47,291 bases of DNA from Eledone cirrhosa (GCA_964016885.1 CAXHJY010000285.1:1-47291), one strand, 5' to 3'. Numbered from the stretch's first letter, positions 1 through 13,600 are shown. Made by a program: numbers and translations. The notes: generated by a model not told the origin, from the sequence alone.

Positions 1-416
1 CTTTACCAATACAACCCACATAATACTCTTGATTGCTCGCTTAAAGTGCTTGTATTACATATAACACCCTGCCGCACTATAATCTTATATAAATAAGACA
101 CACGTGCATGCCCCACGTGTAACTATCGCATACACTAACTACTTCTAACTATTCTCTTGCATTTTTCGTAAACTGCCAATGTTGTATTTAACTTTAACTT
201 TGTTTTCTTTTAATATGACTTTAATATTTGAATGTAAATTGCCATGCTAAAATATTATAATGGATGTCAACCCACTGTGCGTCAATATATACATATGTTT
301 CTGTATGTCTCTTGTGTTGAACAGGAGGTCATTGAAAAATTTCTCCGACGACTCAAACGGTTTGGAAGAAACAATTGTAAGCGAATAAATGGTTTAAACA
401 GAACTTTGATTCATGT

Positions 417-1012
<596 letters not shown>

Positions 1013-1016
<4 letters not shown>

Positions 1017-2130
1017 AAGTCCAAAATTAAGATAAATGAATTAAATGAATTTAATCTAAATCGAAATCATGGGTGTCATGACATAATGCATGCGCCATAT
1101 ATCCTGAGAATTTAAGCTCAAAGATAAATAAATCTGAGCATATTAGAATAACTAGAGATTGATTAACATATAAAAAGACATGAATAATCACAGGAGATAA
1201 TTTAAGCTTGCGTGTAACCGCGCATAGCTAGTTTAGGCAATATTTACCTTTAAGTGTGATTAACTTTCCTTGTATATATCCCATTAAAGAAATATATTTC
1301 ACCAATTAATCAGATGGTAAGTCACGGAAAGTCGATATTATTGGATTGTCAACAAGGAAAGGGATAATATCCAACTATTCGTGCTTACAGGGCGAGATCA
1401 AATCTTCAACTATCCGTTACCACGTGTTGCGTCCACACAAGATTTACCTTTAAGTGTGATTAACTTTCCTTGTAAGAAAGTTAATCACACTTAAAGGTAA
1501 TATTGCCTAAACTAGCTATGCGCGGTTACACGCAAGCTTAAATTATCTCCTGTGATTATTCATGTCTTTTTATATGTTAATCAATCTCTAGTTATTATAA
1601 TATGCTCAGATTTATTTATCTTTGAGCTTAAATTCTCAGGATATATGGCGCATGCATTATGTCATGACACCCATGATTTCGATTTAGATTAAATTCATTT
1701 AATTCATTTATCTTAATTTTGGACTTAGATATATATACGGCTCCTTAATTGTAGAGCTATTTCTGTTGAGAAGAATTTTGACTGCTCTTTCTAGTTGTCG
1801 AATACCTTTTTACGCCACTGAAACGAAACCGCTATCTTGTGTGGACGCAACACGTGGTAACGGATAGTTGAAGATTTGATCTCGCTCTGTAAGCGCGAAT
1901 AGCTGGATATTATCCCTTTCCTTGTTGACAATCCAATAATATCCACTTTCTGTGACTTACCATCTGATTAATTCGTGAAATATATTTCTTTAATGGGATA
2001 TATACAAGGAAAGTTAATCACACTTAAAGGTAAATATTGCCTAAACTAGCTATGCGCGGTTACACGCAAGCTTAATTATCTCCTGTGATTATTCATGTAT
2101 TTTTATATGTTAATCAATCTCTAGTTATTA
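1013..2130. mobile_element. Repeat element with nested inverted duplications (Penelope pLTR-like architecture), within (TA)n
   Basis: 1013-1268 recurs as near-identical reverse complement at ~1477-1730; ~1145-1442 recurs as reverse complement at ~1834-2130; a diverged homologue lies at ~29650-29870. Family assignment is inference. Confidence 0.7.
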
Positions 2131-2218
2131 TATATATATATATATTATATATATATATTATATATATATATTATATATATATATTATATATATATATATT
2201 ATATATATATGTATATAT

Positions 2219-2259
<41 letters not shown>

Positions 2260-2291
2260 TATATATATATAATATATATATTTATATATAT

Positions 2292-2325
<34 letters not shown>

Positions 2326-2345
2326 ATATGTATATATATATTTAT

Positions 2346-2381
<36 letters not shown>

Positions 2382-2382
2382 G

Positions 2383-2416
<34 letters not shown>

Positions 2417-2550
2417 ATAATATATATATATATATTATATATAATATTTTATATATATATATATTATATATATATAATATATATATACTATATATATATA
2501 TAATACATATATATATAATATATATATATATAATATATATATATATATAT

Positions 2551-2581
<31 letters not shown>

Positions 2582-2626
2582 ATATATAGTATAATATATA
2601 TATATATAATATATATATATATATAT

Positions 2627-2657
<31 letters not shown>

Positions 2658-2672
2658 ATATATATATAATAT

Positions 2673-2704
<32 letters not shown>

Positions 2705-2772
2705 ATATATATATATATATATAATATATATATAATATATATATATATATAATATATATATTATATATATAT

Positions 2773-2816
<44 letters not shown>

Positions 2817-2851
2817 TATTATATATATATTATATATATATTATATATATA

Positions 2852-2901
<50 letters not shown>

Positions 2902-3017
2902 CTTATAATATATTATATATATATATATTATTATATATATATATATTATATATATATATTATATATATATATATTATATATATATATATTATATATATAT
3001 TATATATATATATATAT

Positions 3018-3051
<34 letters not shown>

Positions 3052-3092
3052 ATATTATATATATATATTATATATATAATATATATATATTA
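2130..3092. repeat. (TA)n microsatellite
   Basis: Direct inspection. Confidence 0.95.
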
Positions 3093-3719
3093 TTTTAGCC
3101 TAAGAAAATATCTATATGCGTGTGTAATTAATACACGCATGCATTTATTTTTTTAATTTCAATTGAGTTCTTAACACGTTGGATTGATAATGTTTTTAAA
3201 AAAACTAATTAACACGCGTGAATATTATTTTTTCTTTTCTCGTGTATTGGTTGTCTCCCCTTCCCGCTTCGTGACGGACGCTATAATATTTCCTCAGTCA
3301 AAAACTGCTGGAATTTCAAATTTGGCGGTCATTCGATGCGTGAGGGAGCAGCTTAGCAGACACGATTTTTAACTGCGGTAAGAATTTTTTCTTATATCAA
3401 AGTTTAATGGGCTTCCACTGATGATTTATAAACGCCCACCTAAATATATTCTTACATGAATATATGTTAGGCTTCTACATAAATTGGAAACATTCTCCTA
3501 ATTTGTAGAAAACTTATAATGAAACAATTGTTTGGAAAGAGAGATATATTTTAAATTTAATTATATCTCATAAAATAATACAACAGGCTTTCCACATAAT
3601 ACATATAGTTAGCACCCCAAACACTTAAATTGGGTTCATACTAACATATAACCTAATGTTGTTGAGTGAGATGGTTACCAGTCAGAGTTTAGCTTTAAGC
3701 TATCTCTGTTATTGTATTA

Positions 3720-3730
3720 AATATATATAT

Positions 3731-3815
<85 letters not shown>

Positions 3816-3879
3816 ATTATATATATATATATTATATATATATATATATTATATATATATATATTATATATATATATAT

Positions 3880-3911
<32 letters not shown>

Positions 3912-4022
3912 ATATATTATATATATATATATTATATATATATATTATATATATATATTATATATATATATATTATATATATATATATATTATATATATA
4001 TATATTATATATATATATATAT

Positions 4023-4054
<32 letters not shown>

Positions 4055-4064
4055 ATATATATAT

Positions 4065-4163
<99 letters not shown>

Positions 4164-4186
4164 ATATATTATATATATATATATAT

Positions 4187-4218
<32 letters not shown>

Positions 4219-4234
4219 ATATATTATATATATA

Positions 4235-4277
<43 letters not shown>

Positions 4278-4742
4278 ATATATTATATATATATATATTA
4301 TATATATATATATATTATATATATATATATTATATATATATATATATTATATATATATATATATTATATATATATTATATTTATATATATTATATATATA
4401 TATATTATATATATATATATATATTATATATATATATATATATTATATATTATATATATATATATATTATTTATACATATATTATATATAATATATATAT
4501 ATATATATTATATATATTATATATATAATATATATATATATATTATATATATAATATATATATATATTATATATATTATATATATATTATATATATATAT
4601 ATTATATATATATATATATTATATATATATATATTATACATATATATATATATTATACATATATATATATATTATACATATATATATATATTATACATAT
4701 ATATATATATTATATATATATATTATATATATATATATATAT

Positions 4743-4776
<34 letters not shown>

Positions 4777-4865
4777 AATATATATATATCTTATATATAT
4801 ATATATATTATATATATATATATATATTATATATATTATATATATTTATATATATTATATATATA

Positions 4866-4897
<32 letters not shown>
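3720..4897. repeat. (TA)n microsatellite with periodic TT interruptions
   Basis: Direct inspection. Confidence 0.95.
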
Positions 4898-4899
<2 letters not shown>

Positions 4900-4903
<4 letters not shown>

Positions 4904-5584
4904 AATGAAAATAAAAATTACGGGCGAAAGAGGGTAATATCCATCGTGAGTTGTCTGCTAGGAATCATATGTAAACTTCAGACAACTGACGATGAATATT
5001 ACCCTCTTTCGCCCGTAACTTTTATTTTCATTATACATAATTTCAACCACACAGCCGGCTATTTTATTCATATAGTTTTCCTTCACCGCCGTGACCCGTC
5101 TTTTCTCTCCCCTTGTTGCTATCATCTCTCTCCCCCTTCTCTCTCCTTCTCCCTCTTACTTTCGCTCACCTCCTCTGCTAGTCAGCATCTCTCTGCTAGC
5201 CTGCCACTATAACTATCTCTTTTTCGCTTCCTCTTACTTTCACTCACTCCCTCTCTGCTAGTCACCCTCTCTCCGCTAGGTCACTTCCCCCTCCGTCCGT
5301 CACTGCACGCAGTCTCTTTTCTCGCTCACACTGCTTCAGTGAAGACGTGTCTGTTCTCTCGTAAAACTTACCAGAACTTATGTTCGAAAAGAGTTGTTGA
5401 CTTAATATTTTCCCCTTTCGTGTCTGTTTACCTTTTCTTCTCTCTCTCTCACCCCTTTTTTAAATCCCAATAACTTATTTTAGTTATTGCTCGCCCTAGG
5501 TTGAGGTATCTTGTCTCTAACGCGAAGAATTACCTATGATTCCTAGCAGACAACTGACGATGGATATTACACTCTTTCTCTCGT
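4900..5584. mobile_element. pLTR-like repeat with a 5' inverted copy and a 3' direct repeat
   Basis: ~4900-4957 is the reverse complement of ~4979-5037; CAGACAACTGACGATG(G/A)ATATTAC recurs directly at ~5547-5584; hairpin GAAC-TTAT-GTTC-GAAA at ~5374-5389 resembles a decayed hammerhead stem II. Confidence 0.55.
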
Positions 5585-5962
5585 ATATATTGTTATTCTA
5601 TGGGAGGGTCATGTTGCCAATAAAAACACACACACCTGTTGGTTTTCACTTCAATTTATTATAAATTTCCGGTTGGTTGGTTGGTTCTCAAAAACAAGAT
5701 GGTGCAGGCCAAAACAAAAGAGAGACACAAAATAAAAACCTAGTCACTCAGGAGGTCACAGAATGTGTGACAAAAGAGCTTTGACAATATATAAACAACC
5801 ATCCGGTTATCGAACCAACCAACCAGAAATTTATAATAAACTGAAGTAAAAACCAACTGGTGCGTGTGTTTTTATTGGCAGCATACCCTCCCAAAGTATA
5901 ACAATATCTGTTTTAACACACGTTTTCAGATAAGAAATCTTGCAAAACAAATTCAAAAACGA
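5585..5962 (+). mobile_element. Solo Penelope pLTR with inverted 5' piece
   Basis: ~5585-5687 is the inverted copy of ~5811-5907; ~5695-5855 is homologous to ~29175-29350, downstream of the GIY-YIG remnant; ~5865-5960 is the reverse complement of ~28028-28122. Confidence 0.7.
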
Positions 5963-5994
5963 AATATATATATATACATTTATACAGATACAAG

Positions 5995-6027
<33 letters not shown>

Positions 6028-6758
6028 TTATTTATGTATAGAGGTGATGACCTGGCAAACTCAAGCAGTATGAATGGCTACACCATGGATAATTCCAGAA
6101 AATACAAGCTGTTCCCTAGGAAACACCTCTCTTTCAAAGCTATGTTCTCTGGAATCGCCCTCATCCAACTAGAGGCTACTGGAAGACTGTAGGAGCCCAA
6201 TAGCCAATGATTTGAAAGAAAGATTTACACAGTATATGAACTGATTCTGGTGCAAGGGACAGGGAGAACCTTCGCTTCTTGTTTTATTTCATAATTGAGT
6301 TTCCAGAACCAATGAAATGATTTCTATAATGTCACATACTCTAGCCCTGAGAAGGCGCTTACTGACCTGGAACTTGGACCTGCCAACCTTGAATTTCTGT
6401 GAAGCTGCATATATTGGAAAAGCCAACAGTTTCCATCAGTAGGAAAACTGATCTGTCATTTTGCTGCCATCAAAGAAACACTTTTAAGTTACTTCAAACT
6501 ATTGGCCGTTAAGGTGCAATCTAAATTTATAGGGCCCATATTCAAATGCAGAAGAAACAACCCTTGCTTGCTTACTCTTCTAACACTGACCACAACCCCT
6601 TCTTACCATTGCTAACACCCAACAAGCATACAACACACCAACAAATAACCTGGTACATCTAGAGTCAAACTTTCCATGTGGAAGAGCAGTCGCAGGTAAA
6701 CATCCGCAATTATTGTTGTTAACTTCCACACACAGCAGTGTGTTGGTACAACTAGGCT

Positions 6759-7048
6759 CAGGGCTGGATTTATACCTTGACTTTACTTTTGGGGGCCCCT
6801 TATATGTAAGAAATTTAAATACACAGCCCCCCCCCCCCCCAATTTTACATATCAAAATTAGCTTGTTGCAAGTAATTGGAATTGAAAAGTTATACATACA
6901 GGTATTCAATTAAAATAATTCTAACCATCCTAAAACTAAAAATACCAGCTGAGGGCACAAATAAATTGCTATGGCCATTGCTGGTGGGGTTTCCCACTGC
7001 ATGAGGCCAAGGATAATTGCCCTTCACCACCAATTAAATCCCGCCCTG
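6759..7048. mobile_element. hAT-type (Tip100-like) MITE
   Basis: TIRs CAGGGCTGGATTTA ... TAAATCCCGCCCTG; 8-bp TSD ACTAGGCT/ACTAAGCT (one mismatch); internal homology to 15808-16056 and 16374-16616. Confidence 0.8.
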
Positions 7049-7162
7049 ACTAAGCTATCCATTCTTTCACATGAAAATGTATCTTGATGCATCAGAAACT
7101 TGAGGTAATGTAATACTAAGTCAAACTGTTAATACATACACATACATACAAATACATATATA

Positions 7163-7203
<41 letters not shown>

Positions 7204-7226
7204 ATAAAGATTATCATTAGGAATAC

Positions 7227-7696
7227 CTTGTAAGCGTTATGAACACCTTCAGAATCAAAGATCTTCCACACAGCTTCGGCAAGATTATACCAACCATATT
7301 GAATGCCATAATCGAAAAGAAACCATATTGATTCTTTTGTTTCTTCCCATGCTGGTGATCCGAAAAATGTGGATATTACTTCAGACACTTTTCGTGTTTC
7401 GCCATCGCTGTTTGTGATTGTAGCATTGTGGTAAATTGCTGAAACCCATAAACTAAGGTAGATACAGCAAAATACAGTTATTCTTAAGGTCCGTTTCGGG
7501 CAGCTGGTTCGATGACGGTGGTTCACTGCTGAAGTCCATTTGATACCTTTGTAGTTGAGGAGGGCAGTGGAGATCAGTGAAGAATAAATTATCTGAGATG
7601 GGTTATTCCAGTAGAAAGCAACTCCGAGAAAAGAACCGATGAGTGAGAGTTTCAAATCACCCTGTTGGTCACCAATGTTAGCCACCAACATCACAC
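7227..7696 (-). CDS. DNAJC22: DNAJC22/wurst-like second coding exon (TM region up to the start of the J-domain)
   Basis: Acceptor ttactatattacag|GT completes Gly with the G from exon 1. Reads GVMLVANIGDQQG...NATITNSDGETRKVSEVISTFFGSPAWEETK...IFDSEGVHNAYK, then donor AAG|GTATTC at 7226 (phase 0). AYK marks the start of J-domain helix I in this family. No HPD-encoding exon found in 1-7226. Confidence 0.88.
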
Positions 7697-7794
7697 CTGT
7701 AATATAGTAAATACACAGATATAAGTAATATAAGAATCAGACCCCTGACAATGAACGGCTGACCAACAGAATTAAGCTACATTATAAATGTAGC

Positions 7795-7978
7795 TTGCCA
7801 GTATCGGTAGAGGGTCGAACGCCATGCTTTGCAGCAAAGAGTTACGGCCCTTTACGATCTGAGTTCAAATCCCGCCGAGGTTAACTTTACCTTTCATCCT
7901 CACGGGGGTCAATAAAATAAAGTACCAGTAATACACTGGGATAATTGCTGGCCTTGTGCCAAAAGTAGAAACAATTAT
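7795..7978 (+). mobile_element. tRNA-derived SINE with Meta-like central domain
   Basis: B box GAGTTCAAATCC; central TTTCATCCTCACGGGGGTCAATAAAATAAAGTACCAG; tail GTAGAAACAATTAT; about 12 copies in the window. Confidence 0.85.
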
Positions 7979-8195
7979 AAATAGATAGAAATTGTAGTTG
8001 CTATAGAAAATCTGTTAATGTTGATAAATTTCTCATGGGGAGCGTAATGTCCAGCCAGAGCTGAAGTAAAATTTGCTAGGCTACAGATACAATGAGACAT
8101 GTAGTATGGTAAATGTCAAGATGTATGTATTGATAGAACTAGGGCCCCTGACAATAAATAACCAATTGAGTTAAACAACATTATATATAGATAAA

Positions 8196-8388
8196 GGTCG
8201 GTGGATTGGTAGTATCAGTAGAGGGTCAGACGCCATGCTTTGCAGCAAAGATTTACGGCCCTTTATGGTCTGAGTTTAAATCCAGCCGAGGTTAACTTTG
8301 CCTTTCATCCTTACGGGGTCGATAAAATAAAGTACCAGTAATGCACTGGGATAATTGTTGGCCTTGTGCCAAAAGTAGAAACAATTAT
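8196..8388 (+). mobile_element. SINE, full length
   Basis: Same family as 7795-7978; the upstream flank (CCCCTGACAAT...CATTATA) is also shared, suggesting an older tandem duplication. Confidence 0.85.
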
Positions 8389-8507
8389 ATATGATGTCTT
8401 GTAAAGATTGGTTAAAACTCTGTAAGATCCTTGGCTACAGGTACAGTGATACCAAGATATATGTATTAGGAAGAACACGGTCCCAGACAATTACAGAGAG
8501 AGAGGGT

Positions 8508-8630
8508 AGTGATGATAGTGATAGTGATGATGATGATGATGATGAAACTGGTGATGATGATGATGATGATAGTGATGATGATGATACTGGTGATGATGAT
8601 GATGATGATGATATTGATGGTGATATTGAC
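8508..8630. repeat. (GAT)n microsatellite
   Basis: Direct inspection. Confidence 0.9.
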
Positions 8631-8638
8631 AAATAGTG

Positions 8639-8811
8639 ATAATTGTTTCTACTTTAGGCACAAGGCCAGCAATTTACCAGTGTATTACTGGTACTTTATT
8701 TTATCGACCCCGTAAGGATGAAAGGCAAAGTTAACCTCGGCGGGATTTGAACTCAGAATGGCAAGGGCCGTAACTCTATGCGTCAAAGCATGGCGTCTGA
8801 CCCTCTACCGA
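8639..8811 (-). mobile_element. SINE with 16-bp target-site duplication
   Basis: Reverse-complement copy; GACAAATAGTGATAAT at both 8628-8643 and 8810-8825. Confidence 0.85.
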
Positions 8812-8833
8812 CAAATAGTGATAATGATGATAA

Positions 8834-8961
8834 TAATTGTTTCTACTTTTGGCACAAGGCCAGCAATTTACCAGTGCATTACTGGTACTTTATTTTATCG
8901 ACCCCGTAAGGATGAATGGCAAAGTTAACCTCGGCGGGATTTGAACTCAGAATGGCAAGGG
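8834..8961 (-). mobile_element. SINE, 5'-truncated
   Basis: Near-identical to the 8639 copy. Confidence 0.85.
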
Positions 8962-9102
8962 TGATAATAATGATGATGATGATGGAGAGGAGAGTTACTG
9001 TAAGACCAGGCAAGAGTAACCGAGCTAGATAAGATCGATTAATTTGTCAGTTGTATTATAAACATAAGAGCTGTCCCTCATGTCTGGACTTGTTACTGAC
9101 TT

Positions 9103-9730
9103 AACAACAGCAACAATGGTAACAATAGTGGTAGCAACTGCAGCAATATCAGCAAAAACAGCAACAACAGCAGCAACAGCAACGGTAGCAATAGCAACAA
9201 TAACAATAGCAACAACAATAACAGCAGCAGCAACAGCAACAGCAGCAACAGTAGCAACAACAACAGCAGCAACAACAGCAACGACAGCAACAGCAATAGA
9301 TACAATAACAGTAACAACAACGATAACAACAGCAGCAACGACAGCAGCAACATCAACGGTAGCACCAGCAACAGCAGCAGCAACAACAGCAGCAACAGCA
9401 ACAGTAATCGATACAATAACAGTAGCAACAACAATATCAACAGTGGCAACAACAGCAGCAGTGGCAGCGACAGCAGCAACAGCAGTAGCAGCAGCAACAA
9501 CAGCAGCAACAACAGCAACAACGGCAGCAGCAACAGCAGCAGCAACAGCAACAGCAGCAGTAACAGCAACAACAACAGCATCACCAGCAACGGTAGCAAT
9601 AGCAAAAATAACAATAGTTACAACAATAACAACAGCAGCAATGACATCAACTGCAGCAACAGTAACAACAGCAACAGCAACAGTAATAGTAGCAACAGAA
9701 ACAATAACAGCAACAGCAACGCACTCAACA
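9103..9730. repeat. Degenerate (AGC/AAC)n trinucleotide repeat
   Basis: Direct inspection; explains the Ala/Thr and poly-Leu ORFs. Confidence 0.9.
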
Positions 9731-9739
9731 GAATAATTA

Positions 9740-10917
9740 CAAAAACAACACCAATACTACTACCACAACTACTTTACAACCACCACAACACAACCCACCA
9801 TTACCACTACTACTGCTACCCCAACAAAACCGCATCAACACAATCACCACTACCACATCAACAACAACCAGCCACCACCACCACCACCACCACAACCACC
9901 AAACCCACAGCCAAACACCACCACCACAAACACCACCACAAACATCATCACCACCAACCACCACCACAACCACAACCACCACCTCCACAACCACCACCAC
10001 AACCAAACACCACCACCACAAACACCATAACCTCCACCACCACCACCATCACCACCACCACCACCACCATCACCACCACCACAAACACCACAAACAAACA
10101 CCACCACTACCACCACCACCAACCATCACCACCACTAACACTACAACCAACAATCACCACCAACCACCACCACAACCAAACACCACCACCACAAACACCA
10201 CCACCACGACCACCACAACCTCCACAACCACCACCACAACCAAACACCACCACCACCACAACCAAACACCATCACCACCACCACAAACACCACAAACAAA
10301 CACCACCACTACCACCACCACCACCACCACCACCACCACCACCAACCATCACCACCACTAACACTACAACCAACCATCACCACCAAACACCACAACAACC
10401 ACCACCCACCACAACCACCACCATCACTACAAACACCACAACCAAACACCACCACCACCACAAACACCACAAACAACCACCACCACCACCACCACCACCA
10501 ACCACCACCAAACACCACAAACAACCACCACCACCACCACAAACACCTCAACCAACCACAACCACCACCATCAACCACCACCAAACACCACCACCACCAC
10601 AACCACCACCAAACACAACCAACCACCACCAAACACCACAACAACCACCACAACCACCACCACTACAAATACCACAACCACCAACCACAACCACCACCAT
10701 CAACCACCACCAAACACCACAACAACCACCACCACCAAACACAACCAACCACCACCAAACACCACAACAACCACCACCACCACCACTACAAACACCACAA
10801 CCAAACACCACCACCACCACCACCACCACAACCAAACACAACCAACCACCGCCATCACCACCACAGCCACTACAAACACCACCACTACAAACACTACCAC
10901 CACCACCACCACCACTA
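9740..10917. repeat. Degenerate (ACC/ACA)n low-complexity repeat
   Basis: Direct inspection. Confidence 0.9.
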
Positions 10918-11151
10918 AAGGTACTTAAACTACTTCTCTCCAAGATCCTCAGATAAACATGTGTTAAAAGTCATCTGGTGTTTATTTCAGGCACGATAAA
11001 GACAGGAAGACGGTAGCATCTATGTGGATAATTGACATGCTAAAAAGAGCAGCCAAATATCTCTGAAATCACCTCTACTGTCATTAACTAAAACATACAG
11101 GCTAGATAATGTTGTCCTCAGTCCACTACACGTATGAACTTAGTCGTTACT

Positions 11152-11344
11152 ATAATTGTTTCTACTTTTGGCACAAGGCCAGCAATTACCCCAGTGAATT
11201 ACTGGTACTTTATTTTATCGACCCCGTAAGGATGAAAGGCAAAGTTAACCTCGGCGGGATTTGAGCTCAGAACGTTAAAGGCCACAACGTTATGCTGCAA
11301 AGCATGGTGTATGACGTTCTATCTATACTGCCATTCCACCGCCC
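11152..11344 (-). mobile_element. SINE, full length
   Basis: On the minus strand starts GGGCGGTGGAATGGCAG and ends GTAGAAACAATTAT. Confidence 0.85.
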
Positions 11345-11359
11345 TTGGTTATTATAATA

Positions 11360-11524
11360 CAGTGGTTTCCAAAGCGGGTTCCACAAAAGAGTGTCTGGGG
11401 TCCGTGAAATAAGGTAGAGGAGTATATTTATATTACGACCATATAACAGTGTTAGACTTAGGGGTTCCCCCAAAAGTTTCTGAACCAAAAAGGGTTCCGC
11501 GTTTGAAAAGTTTGGGAAACCCTG
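11360..11524. mobile_element. hAT (Charlie-like) MITE
   Basis: TIRs CAGTGGTTTCCAAA ... TTTGGGAAACCCTG; degenerate 8-bp flanks TTATAATA/ACATAATG. Confidence 0.7.
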
Positions 11525-11566
11525 ACATAATGTAAAGTTCATAAATAGTTGAGTCTGTTTTGGCAT

Positions 11567-11708
11567 ATAATTGTTTCTACTTTAGGCACAAGGCCAGCAA
11601 TTATCCAGTACATTACTGGTACTTTATTTTATCGACCCCGTAAGGATGAAAGGCAAAGTTAACCTCGACGGGATTTGAACTCAGACCGTAAAGGGACGTA
11701 ACTATGCT
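11567..11708 (-). mobile_element. SINE, 5'-truncated
   Basis: Same family. Confidence 0.85.
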
Positions 11709-11754
11709 TGGGTAGTGATGGTATTGGTTCTACAGTAAAATGGTAATATAGTGG

Positions 11755-11890
11755 AATGTGCCTCCGTCGGTTTGGACGATGAGTGTTCAACGAAACATCC
11801 TGCACATAAAATTAACCTGTAAATGGCTGAGCATGAGCATTTCATAGAATGTGCCAGACGTGATTCTCAGGGAGATTCAGTGTGACGGGC
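11755..11890 (+). mobile_element. Fragment of a second dispersed repeat family
   Basis: Diverged homologue of ~16190-16370 (ACGATGAG...AACGAAAC...AAATTAA...GAGCAT...ATTCA..GTGAC). Confidence 0.55.
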
Positions 11891-12089
11891 GTGTTTTTGG
11901 TTATAGTCGTATTTGTGACCAACCTGATAAGATAGTTATAAGACTGCTTTCTACCCCCCACCCAGCCCACCCATTTATGTTTGGGGTCCTTCAGTCATAT
12001 TTATCTTGATTTTAGGAGAAACAACAGATGGTTTAGGTATAGTACCACAAACACCTACTATGTGTTGTGACCCGACAGATAATATTGGG

Positions 12090-12245
12090 TTAGGCACAAG
12101 GCCAACAATTTTGAAGAAGGGGAAGGTCTATTAATAGCCTCCAGTGTATTACTGCTACTTTATTTTATCGACCCAGTAAGGATGAAAGGCAAAGTTAAAC
12201 TCGGCGGGATTTGAACTCAGATCATAAAGGGCCGTAACTCTATGC
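12090..12245 (-). mobile_element. SINE, longer-3' variant
   Basis: Same family with an extra CCTTCCCCTTC segment, also present in the 27178 copy. Confidence 0.8.
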
Positions 12246-12340
12246 CATAAAAGTAATATCAGTAATAGAAAGACATGAAAATAGTGTTGCTTTTGTCAGA
12301 TTGGCACGCTTCCATTCACACACATACACTGACACACATA

Positions 12341-12523
12341 CACTCACACATGTACATACATACATATATATATACCGTATATACGCACACTCACACATGT
12401 ACATACATACATATATATATATACCGTATATACGCACACTCACACATGTACATACATACATATATATATACCGTATATATGCACACTCACACATGTACAT
12501 ACATACATATATATATACCGTAT
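12341..12523. repeat. Minisatellite, ~45-47-bp unit, 4 copies
   Basis: CACTCACACATGTACATACATACATATATATATACCGTATATACG repeated. Confidence 0.9.
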
Positions 12524-12550
12524 ATGTAAGTGTAATAAACATCGACACAG

Positions 12551-12909
<359 letters not shown>

Positions 12910-13062
12910 CCATTGATTACACAATGTATACAGTTTTACAATAGATTAAAAGCACTCAACAAAAAAGTTTTCCTGGAGTTTTTATTATTCAAAATATTAA
13001 CTGCCAATACAGGAATTGAAATATCAAGACCGTAGAGGTATGTCATATATCAAATCATATAT

Positions 13063-13122
13063 TTTATCTGACGAGGACGTACTGAAAAAACAACATAGCA
13101 CCTTCGAAATATATATAATAAA
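13063..13122 (+). ncRNA. Minimal type I hammerhead ribozyme motif
   Basis: TTTAT-CTGACGA-[GGACGTACTG...TAGCACCTTC, imperfect stem II]-GAAA-TATATA-TA^ATAAA; stem I TTTAT/ATAAA; palindromic stem III. Confidence 0.65.
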
Positions 13123-13167
13123 GCATATATTTTGATTATGTGAATATCTTGATTTGTTAATATTTTG

Positions 13168-13215
<48 letters not shown>

Positions 13216-13445
13216 TATACATATTGTCACGAATATACATAACATCTGAATGAAAAGAGATCATTAAGAAGATCTTTTTCAAAGAAACAAATACAATGTG
13301 TATAAAGAGTATCTTATACAAAATCAGTGACGGGTCGATCCCAGTAAAGTACTGTAAACAACACTTCACAAGCTAGTGAAGTGTTGTTTAGAGTAGTATA
13401 TATATTTATATGTGCACACACTCATACCGTAATATATGCATTATA

Positions 13446-13600
13446 GGGCGGTGGATTGGCAGTCGGTAGAGGGTCGGACGCCATGCTTTCCAGCATAGTT
13501 ACGTCCCTTTACGATCTGAGTTCAAATCCCGCCGAGGTTGACTTTGCCTTTCATCCTTACGGATAATTGCTGGCCTTGTGCCTAAAGTAGAAACAATTAT
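13446..13600 (+). mobile_element. SINE with internal deletion
   Basis: Full 5' head; lacks the GGGTCGATAAAATAAAGTACCAG segment. Confidence 0.85.

Noticed and set aside
7116-7226. Read-through C-terminus VFLMIIFMCMCVCV of the 7116-7694 ORF
   Set aside because: Intronic (TG)n after the AAG|GTATTC donor.
9080-9736. 218-aa Ala/Thr antifreeze-glycoprotein-like ORF
   Set aside because: Degenerate (AGC/AAC)n microsatellite inside a DNAJC22 intron; the frame stays open because of trinucleotide periodicity; no gene signals seen.
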